This document shows, one piece after another, positions 57,760 through 64,000 of a stretch of DNA of 64,000 bases. The position numbers and the translations under genes are program-made. The DNA comes from an uncultured delta proteobacterium (lineage in GTDB: Bacteria > Desulfobacterota > Desulfomonilia > UBA1062): assembly GCA_963798485.1 (NCBI GenBank), contig CAWCTR010000022.1, positions 49,454 through 113,453 on the forward strand, given 5' to 3'. The notes beneath the pieces were generated by a model. The model saw only the letters and a program-made list of their open reading frames with translations, was not told the origin of the DNA and did not search any database. Within the stretch, counting starts at the first letter, position 1, and every line of letters begins with the position of its first letter.

Positions 57760-59412
57760 ATGGAGCGCATGCAGAGCAGGGGGAATATATTTATCGCGGT
57801 CATTGTGGTGATCGCCATTGCCATGACCCTGTTCCTGATTGTACCCCTTGGCGGTAAGGTCGGACAGCTCAGGGAGGCCACCATCTCGTTCATCTTCCGG
57901 AAGCCCCCGCAGTTCATCTCCATGGAAGTAGAAGTAGATGGGCTCCGCAAGGTGATAAGGGCGGGTGAGTCACTCAAGATCAAGGGTGGAGAGACTATCA
58001 TCATCACAAAGATCCAAGCGAATACGTTCTTCGAATCATACCTCACTGCCGATGTTGTAGGCTTCGGCAAGCCAAACGACATGAATGAACCCATCGATAC
58101 AGTGGAGATCCGCAATCAGCTCATAGCAGCCGGCATCAAATCGGTCCCTATTGATGTCTATTACCTGGACCACAAGATCGCCAAGGTCCCCCTTGAGTTG
58201 GATCTGACCGAGCAGGACTTTATCAATCAGATAAAATCAGCCAAGAGCGATGAGGAAAAGATCCCGCTGCTGCGCTCTGCCCATGCGACCTTTCCAAAGA
58301 ATAATTACTTCCTGGAAGAGCTTGATAAGCTCTTAAGCGCTAAAGAAGATTACCAGGCCCTGGTGGGGATCTACAAGGGTGTTGTGGAAGCCGATCCTGC
58401 GAATGTGGCGGCATACTCGAACCTCTCAGCGTATTACATAAAGCTGAAGAACTACGATGAGGCCCTTGCCATGTGCCGAAAAATTATTGATGCGGGCAAG
58501 GCGGATGCGGTCATTTACCGCCGCATGGCATATATCGAAGGCGAAAAGGGTGATCTTGAAAACCGTGTGGTATACCTGAAAAAGGCCCTGGAGTTTGATA
58601 AACAAAACGAATCCGTGGTCGTCGACCTGGCCAAGACCTATGAACAGGCAGGCATGAAACAGCAGGCCCTTGATGTGTACCAGTCCGCTTCGGATACTGC
58701 CAAGGATAGGGATATCCTTATTCCGCTGATTCAAAATGCGCTGAAAACCGGAGAGTATAAAAAGGCGCTCGACCTTCTGAAACGCTACCTTCAGCGCTAC
58801 CCCCAGGATAAAAACGCACTGGCGCAGCTTGCCATGGTCATGGGCAAGCTGGGTGACACAAAAGCGCAGGTGACGTATTACTTAAGGGCAGCAGAACTTT
58901 CGCCTTCAGACAGCGTGCTCTGGTATAACCTCGGTGTTGCCCGCGAGAAACAGGGCGATGCCAAGGGCGCCCTTGACGCCTATGCAAAGGTGCTCCGGAT
59001 AAAGAAAGGCGATATGGATTCACTCCAGAGTGCGGCAGCCCTGTCATTGAAACTCGGCCAATACAAGGATGCATACGCATATTATTCATCCCTGGCGGGA
59101 AAGACCTCCAAAAAGGAACACCTGAAGGGCCTTGTGAGCGCTGCTGTAGGATTGAAGGACCAGGACAAGGTTATCGATGCGGCTACCTTGTTCCTCAAGA
59201 AGAACAAGGACCATGATGTGGCCATAGCACTCGGGTATGCCTATGAGGGGAGGGCTTCCGCACATGAGCCCCGGACAAGGTTGGATGACCTGAATAAGGC
59301 ACTGGAGGCATTTCAGACAGCCAGGAGGATCAATCCCGCCTCCAAGGTTGCCGGCGAGAAGATACCCGAGCTTAAGATTGAAATCCTTAGGCTCAGGAAG
59401 GCGCGGCAGTAA
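57760..59412 (+). CDS. membrane-anchored TPR-repeat protein (550 aa)
   Basis: N-terminal TM (IFIAVIVVIAIAMTLFLIV), an unknown domain of about 170 aa, then about 9 TPR units. Confidence 0.65.
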   Translation: MERMQSRGNIFIAVIVVIAIAMTLFLIVPLGGKVGQLREATISFIFRKPPQFISMEVEVDGLRKVIRAGESLKIKGGETIIITKIQANTFFESYLTADVVGFGKPNDMNEPIDTVEIRNQLIAAGIKSVPIDVYYLDHKIAKVPLELDLTEQDFINQIKSAKSDEEKIPLLRSAHATFPKNNYFLEELDKLLSAKEDYQALVGIYKGVVEADPANVAAYSNLSAYYIKLKNYDEALAMCRKIIDAGKADAVIYRRMAYIEGEKGDLENRVVYLKKALEFDKQNESVVVDLAKTYEQAGMKQQALDVYQSASDTAKDRDILIPLIQNALKTGEYKKALDLLKRYLQRYPQDKNALAQLAMVMGKLGDTKAQVTYYLRAAELSPSDSVLWYNLGVAREKQGDAKGALDAYAKVLRIKKGDMDSLQSAAALSLKLGQYKDAYAYYSSLAGKTSKKEHLKGLVSAAVGLKDQDKVIDAATLFLKKNKDHDVAIALGYAYEGRASAHEPRTRLDDLNKALEAFQTARRINPASKVAGEKIPELKIEILRLRKARQ

Positions 59413-59426
59413 TTTCGCGTGCGTGT

Positions 59427-60128
59427 ATGAGCCTTGGGGGCCAAACACATATCATGAAGAGGACCTTTGCCATCGGCGACATCCATGGATGTCTTGACAA
59501 ACTCAAAGACCTCATATCGCTCATCGACCCCGGCCCGAGGGACAGCCTGATCTTCCTGGGTGATTACATCGACCGGGGCGAATCCGCCTCCGAGGTGATC
59601 GATTTCCTCATAGATCTTGCGAGCAGGGTTACCTGTACTTTTTTAAGGGGCAACCATGAGGATATGTTTATCACCTTCTTGGAGTTCGGCTCGAATAAGA
59701 CCATCTTTTTTGCCAATGGCGGCCTTAAGACCATTGAGTCCTACGTCAAGCCCGAGCGTTTTACCGGCAATGACCAGGTGGCGCGTAAGCTGCCCGAGGC
59801 GCATAGAGATTTTTTCTCAAAGCTCAAACTGTATCATGAGGATGACGGGTATCTTTATGTGCATGCAGGCATCAAGCCCGGCAAGCCCATGAAAGGACAG
59901 GACAAGTATGACCTTATCTGGATCAGGGACGAGTTCATCTTTTCGCCGACCGGGATGAAGAAGAAGGTGATCTTCGGGCATACACCCTTTGCCAGGCCCA
60001 TGGTAAAACCGGATAAGATCGGGATAGATACCGGGGCGGTCTATGGCGGGGTTCTCACGGCCATAGAGATCCCCGGCGAAACATTCATAGAGTCTTTCAG
60101 GCAGGCACAGGCCTCATCGAGAGAATAA
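59427..60128 (+). CDS. PPP-family Ser/Thr (metallo)phosphatase
   Basis: Contains [16 protein letters not shown] and RGNHE. An alternative start is at 59454 (MKRTF). Confidence 0.85.
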   Translation: MSLGGQTHIMKRTFAIGDIHGCLDKLKDLISLIDPGPRDSLIFLGDYIDRGESASEVIDFLIDLASRVTCTFLRGNHEDMFITFLEFGSNKTIFFANGGLKTIESYVKPERFTGNDQVARKLPEAHRDFFSKLKLYHEDDGYLYVHAGIKPGKPMKGQDKYDLIWIRDEFIFSPTGMKKKVIFGHTPFARPMVKPDKIGIDTGAVYGGVLTAIEIPGETFIESFRQAQASSRE

Positions 60129-60133
60129 CGGCC

Positions 60134-60790
60134 ATGTCCAAGGATTATTACCGGATTTTGGAAATATCGAAGGATGCAACATCTTTAGAGATCAAGAAGA
60201 CCTACCGCAGGCTCGCCCTTCAATATCACCCTGATCGTAACGCCGATGATGCGGCCTTAGAGCATTTCAAGGAGATCACCGAGGCATACGGGGTGCTTAT
60301 CGATCCGGACAAGCGGCACAAATATGACCTGCAGCGGGGATTCTCCTTCAACCGGGAGACGGTGTTCGAAGATATCCTGTCCAAATCAGAGTTCCGGGAC
60401 GTCTTCGATGATCTGCCCATACGCAAAGAATGGATTGATCGCATATTGAATGTGAGCAAGGTACTTGCGTATGAGGCCTTTGTAGTGGGAGGAACGCCCA
60501 GTGCAATCCTCAGGCGGTCTATGGTGCGCCTGGCATCGCAGGGCTTGAACAGGATGTTCCATGCAGTCATGGACATGCATGAAAGGGTTGCCATCCCTTC
60601 AAGTATTGCCGTGCTCGGGGGATACATAACCCTGGAGTACAGGCCTGGCTTCGTGAAACACAAGATCCGTGTGAAAATACCCAGGAACACGCAGCAAGGC
60701 ATAATGCTCAGGGTCGTGGGGATGGGCAGGTCAAGCCCGTCAAGAAAGGCAGGGGACCTCTATTTGCAGGTGGACATCGAATCGTTGTAA
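60134..60790 (+). CDS. J-domain protein (short DnaJ/CbpA-like, no zinc finger)
   Basis: Contains [33 protein letters not shown] and the C-terminal GDLYLQVDI. 218 aa. Confidence 0.8.
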   Translation: MSKDYYRILEISKDATSLEIKKTYRRLALQYHPDRNADDAALEHFKEITEAYGVLIDPDKRHKYDLQRGFSFNRETVFEDILSKSEFRDVFDDLPIRKEWIDRILNVSKVLAYEAFVVGGTPSAILRRSMVRLASQGLNRMFHAVMDMHERVAIPSSIAVLGGYITLEYRPGFVKHKIRVKIPRNTQQGIMLRVVGMGRSSPSRKAGDLYLQVDIESL

Positions 60791-61659
60791 ATGACGATCT
60801 GGTTCTTGCCGTGCGTCTTGCCCCAGTACATGGCTGCATCCGCCATTTTTATGACCTCGTGCGGATCGCTGGAGTCCTTCGGCAGGCTTGAAAGGCCCAT
60901 GGTGACGCTGACCTCAAGCGTTGATTCAACCGTTGTGCAGATACGCTCGGAGACCACCACGGCCTCTTCAATTGAGGTCTCAGGGAAGAGGATAATGAAC
61001 TCCTCTCCGCCATAGCGGGCAAGGATGTCGCAGTTTCTCGTGTTATGCCTGAACACATGGGACAGGCGCATGATCAGTTCATTGCCCTTTTCATGCCCAT
61101 TGGCGTCGTTGTACTTCTTGAAATCGTCGATATCGATCATGGCCAGAGACATTGTCCTGTTGTACCGCAGGTGTCTCGATACCTCGTTCTTGAGGACGCT
61201 CATGAGGTGCCGGAAGTTGTACATGCCCGTAAGCTCGTCGGTCCGGGAAAGGTTCCGGTAGTAGCCGGCCAGCTCGGCCTCCTCTTTGAGCCTGACCTCT
61301 TCGAGGATCCTCCGGATAGTGAGATGGAGGTGGTCGAGCAGAATCGGTTTTGTAATGAAATCCGAGGCCCCGAGCTTCATGCATTCCACGGCATCACGTA
61401 TGGTGCCGTATCCGGTAATCATGATGGCCTGGATATCGGTCCTGATCTTTTTGATGGATTTCAATAACTCCGAACCTGTCATGCCCGGAAGGTGAAGATC
61501 CACAATGGCTATATGAAAGAGGTCTTTCTGGACGATTGCAATCGCCTGTTCCCCGCTCATGGCGGTCGTCACGTCAAAATCATGCCCTAAGAGATACTCT
61601 TCAATGAGATCAAGGGTCTCCTGTTCATCATCCACAATCAGGACCCGCGTTTTTTTCAT
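60760..61659 (-). CDS. response regulator with GGDEF diguanylate cyclase domain
   Basis: REC domain ([13 protein letters not shown]...VDLHLPGM) plus GGDEF ([12 protein letters not shown]). The tracked ORF extends to 61704. Its 3' end overlaps the convergent J-domain gene by 31 nt. Confidence 0.85.
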   Translation of the reverse strand: MKKTRVLIVDDEQETLDLIEEYLLGHDFDVTTAMSGEQAIAIVQKDLFHIAIVDLHLPGMTGSELLKSIKKIRTDIQAIMITGYGTIRDAVECMKLGASDFITKPILLDHLHLTIRRILEEVRLKEEAELAGYYRNLSRTDELTGMYNFRHLMSVLKNEVSRHLRYNRTMSLAMIDIDDFKKYNDANGHEKGNELIMRLSHVFRHNTRNCDILARYGGEEFIILFPETSIEEAVVVSERICTTVESTLEVSVTMGLSSLPKDSSDPHEVIKMADAAMYWGKTHGKNQIVIYNDSMSTCK

Positions 61660-61896
61660 CACAAGCATGGCACCCATCGTATTAGCCGCTCTCCTTGTCC
61701 TCACATAATAATTCCACGAAGAGAACTTACAACTCTACCCATACTAACGGATAATTGTCTACAATTCATGAGAGTTATTTTCGTTTACCATCAGAGGGGG
61801 TATTGTTGGCACAATAATCTGTAGAGGTGTCCCATAATCTTTTATCTATAACAGTATTTCTCCTAAAGATATTTAAAAAAAAGACCGTTAACGGGT

Positions 61897-62706
61897 GTGA
61901 TGCAACAGGCTTGTCTTATGGAAAAGATTGAACAGCAGATTGAGAGTATTCCGACCCTTGAGTCCAGCCGGATGAGGCTCTTTAATGTGCTCCAGGAGGA
62001 AGAATCCTCCATAGAGGGTATCGAGCAGGTCATATCCAGTGATCCTGCCATGGTGGCCAAGGTGATCAAGCTGGCGAACTCTCCGTTCTACCGTCATGCC
62101 GATCGGCATGTGGGAATCCGGCAGGCATTACACACCATCGGCCTTGACATGGTGAAATGCATCGCCTTGTCCATGGCCGTGATGGAGACCTTTGGCTCCC
62201 AGACCCCTCCAATGAAGCAGCTCTGGAAGCATTCCTATGCAGTGGCCTATATATCAGGTCTGCTCGGGAATTCCAAAGCCGAGAAGGAGTGTCTCTTTAC
62301 CGGGGGGCTTCTCCATGATATAGGCAGGATGGTGCTGATCTGCAAGACCCCTGAACACTATCTTCCCCTTTGTGAGTTCACTGGTTGTTGGCCCGAGCCG
62401 GCATTAGAGCACGATGTTTTCGCCATGGACCACACAATAATCGGTGAGCTGATCGCTAGGCGCTGGCATTTCCCGCCGGAAGTCATAGCCCTGATCAGGT
62501 ATCATCACGAACCAATGAGCCGTACATCCGCCCTTGTTTATCTGACGGATCAGGTCGTCATGCAGCATGAGAGGGGTTTGATCTCGGAAGATTTTGAGCA
62601 GGAGGTCTTGATCAAGAACCACCTTGGTGATGAATATAAAGATCTTGTAAATACTATTAGACAAAGGTATAGAACGAACACGGTTATATTTGAAAATTTG
62701 GGGTAA
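61897..62706 (+). CDS. HDOD-domain signalling protein
   Basis: Contains IPTLESSRMRLFNVL...ISSDPAMVAKVIKLANSPFY and GLLHDIGRMVL. Confidence 0.8.
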   Translation: MMQQACLMEKIEQQIESIPTLESSRMRLFNVLQEEESSIEGIEQVISSDPAMVAKVIKLANSPFYRHADRHVGIRQALHTIGLDMVKCIALSMAVMETFGSQTPPMKQLWKHSYAVAYISGLLGNSKAEKECLFTGGLLHDIGRMVLICKTPEHYLPLCEFTGCWPEPALEHDVFAMDHTIIGELIARRWHFPPEVIALIRYHHEPMSRTSALVYLTDQVVMQHERGLISEDFEQEVLIKNHLGDEYKDLVNTIRQRYRTNTVIFENLG

Positions 62707-62714
62707 GGGGCATT

Positions 62715-64000
62715 GTGTTTGCCGTGAAGGAGCTGCATATTCTACGGGGCGAATCCACAGAGCTTACCTCGACTCGTGAAGGGATCTTGCTTGATCTCCT
62801 CAGTAAGGCCTCTGACTTCTATGAACACACGGTAGGCATACTTTCTTCCATTTTCGAGATCACCGAATTCGTCTCTAAAGGTTCCCCGGAGCGCGACTTC
62901 TTTGCTTATGTAACAAATGTGCTCATAGAGGAGTCAAGGTGTGAAAACGCCTCCATCTTCATGGTGGAGGGCGAGGCGGTCGTACTCAAGGCCGCATCCG
63001 GCATAGCAATCAATAATGCCAATCCTCACGTGAGCATGGCGCTGGGAGAGGGCGTTGCCGGAACCTGTGCACAGGACGGGAAGACCATCTTAGTTCACGA
63101 TGTACAAGACTGTGAATTTTTCAAGAAGATGGATTCCGCCAAGGTTGCCATTGGTTCCATGCTGTGCGTGCCCATTAAGGAAGGAAACAGGACGCTGGGC
63201 GTCATGAACCTGTCCCATTCTTGCAAGGGCTATTTCAATGTCCATTATGTTCGGGTGTTTGAGCTCATGGGCTTGCTTATCGGCCAGATGCTTACCCTGG
63301 TCCAGCTTTATGAAGTCTTCCAGCGGAAGAATTCGGATTTGACCGAACTCTTAAACCAGAGAGACGATTCTTTACGAAGCGTTACCGAGAGGTATAAGGC
63401 GGTTGTCGATATTTCCGAGGAGATGATATTCATTATCGACAAGGCAGGCCGTGTCCTGTTTCTCAACAGGGCACTGCAGGGACTCCTGGCAAGGCCGCCA
63501 ACGACGATTACGGATATCTTCGATGAAACGTGCGTTTCATTGATCCTTGAAAAGTCCCAGGCAGATACCGGCCGTTCCACCGAGTTTGATCTCAATGTGA
63601 AGGTGGGAGAAAAGGCCGATATTATCGCCCAGTTCTTTATCAAGCATATCGATATTGACCAGGTTCTCGTAATTATGCGCGACATTACAGCCAAGAAGCT
63701 CATCGAACAGAAGACCATGCAGACAGAGAAGCTCACTTCATTGGGGCTGCTTACCTCCGGGATAGCCCATGAGCTCAATAACAAGCTCACTCCTATCCTG
63801 GGGTTTGCCGACCTCATGGACCCGGATCATCTGAGCCCGCAAGACCGGAAGAGGCTTTCCATCATCATCAACTCGGCCTCGGCCGCCAAGGGCATTGTGG
63901 AATCCCTGCTCAAGTTTTCCCGGAACAAACCCCCGGAGAAGAACATATTCGACATGCGCGAGGTTATCAAGAGGACGATGAACCTCTATAGCCCGATCAT
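62715..64000 (+). CDS. GAF/PAS sensor histidine kinase (3' end outside the window)
   Basis: Not in the ORF track because it is open to the window end. My translation from GTG 62715 gives a GAF-like region (GEGVAGTCAQDGKTILVHDV), a PAS-like region, and the H-box LGLLTSGIAHELNNKLTPILG. Confidence 0.8.
   Translation, partial: MFAVKELHILRGESTELTSTREGILLDLLSKASDFYEHTVGILSSIFEITEFVSKGSPERDFFAYVTNVLIEESRCENASIFMVEGEAVVLKAASGIAINNANPHVSMALGEGVAGTCAQDGKTILVHDVQDCEFFKKMDSAKVAIGSMLCVPIKEGNRTLGVMNLSHSCKGYFNVHYVRVFELMGLLIGQMLTLVQLYEVFQRKNSDLTELLNQRDDSLRSVTERYKAVVDISEEMIFIIDKAGRVLFLNRALQGLLARPPTTITDIFDETCVSLILEKSQADTGRSTEFDLNVKVGEKADIIAQFFIKHIDIDQVLVIMRDITAKKLIEQKTMQTEKLTSLGLLTSGIAHELNNKLTPILGFADLMDPDHLSPQDRKRLSIIINSASAAKGIVESLLKFSRNKPPEKNIFDMREVIKRTMNLYSPI

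Noticed and set aside
57651-58115. 154-aa ORF on the minus strand across the start of the TPR gene
   Set aside because: It is antisense to the better-supported 550-aa TPR ORF and the candidate promoter. It has no SD and an odd composition.
61807-61823. Sigma-54-like promoter TGGCAC-AATAA-TCTGTA about 75 nt upstream of the HDOD gene
   Set aside because: The -24 TGGCAC is perfect, but the -12 element lacks the GC at the required GG-N10-GC spacing (TCTG instead of TTGC). A similar partial match at 22184-22199 points into the 3' end of glgA. Neither is convincing without further evidence.
1-64000. Scan for CRISPR arrays, rRNA, tmRNA/RNase P RNA, GEMM-type c-di-GMP riboswitches, reverse transcriptases, retrons and prophage genes
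   Set aside because: I saw no regularly spaced repeat array, no rRNA-like conserved blocks and no RT or phage structural motifs in any tracked ORF. Intergenic regions are mostly under 150 bp, and none showed the conserved GEMM or lysine-riboswitch cores by eye. A covariance-model scan would be needed to exclude small ncRNAs.

Overview
This is a 64-kb chromosomal segment from a diderm (Gram-negative-type) bacterium. It is densely coding, about 50% GC in the lines I counted, and mostly core housekeeping. All calls rest on by-eye motif and synteny recognition; no database search was possible. Gene content (cimA-lysC pairing, RpoH, several sigma-54/NtrC-type and GGDEF/HDOD signalling genes, pilMNOPQ) fits a deltaproteobacterium-like anaerobe, but that is only inference.

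Layout:
(1) Left edge, 1-3151: a GC-rich IS21-family element (istA/istB). It carries an extra small HTH-like ORF translationally coupled to istA, a very basic upstream ORF, and a triple direct repeat.
(2) 3152-4897: a visibly AT-richer islet with two small ORFans and a secreted PLD/Nuc-type endonuclease. It is followed by 485 bp without ORFs and abuts the 3' end of a tRNA-Lys/tRNA-Glu pair.
(3) 5.5-18.2 kb: a long, tightly packed minus-strand run, (ftsB)-pilMNOPQ, then yfgM-like-ftsH-folP-acpS-tsaE-lysC-cimA-orf98.
(4) 18-28 kb: rhomboid protease, DUF2905, HemN-like radical SAM, an isolated and divergent dnaA, glgA, an ORFan, mtaB, polX and a bifunctional nuclease.
(5) 28-36 kb: multi-PAS histidine kinase plus NtrC-type regulator, rpsT, and leuS-lptE-holA.
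(6) 36-43.5 kb: a cell-wall neighbourhood with PBP1A coupled to a large LysM protein, a 7-bladed propeller protein and an MltD-like lytic transglycosylase.
(7) 43.6-49.8 kb: rpoH-hsp20, then rpmH-rnpA-yidD-yidC-jag-mnmE-rsmG.
(8) 50-54.7 kb: pgeF, coaE, TPR, proC, LOG and PHP genes.
(9) 54.7-57.5 kb: a two-gene orphan pilus-tip-like module.
(10) 57.7-64 kb: a signalling cluster of TPR, PPP phosphatase, J-domain protein, RR-GGDEF, HDOD and a GAF/PAS histidine kinase that runs off the window.

I saw no rRNA, CRISPR array, prophage, reverse transcriptase or recognisable multi-gene defence system, and I cannot point to one clear-cut novel system. The best candidates for a second look are:
- the tRNA-adjacent IS21/PLD-nuclease islet;
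- the orphan PilW-like plus PilX-N/vWA/propeller pair;
- the PBP1A-coupled LysM protein;
- the isolated, divergent DnaA;
- mnmE, whose conserved N-terminus has no canonical start codon.
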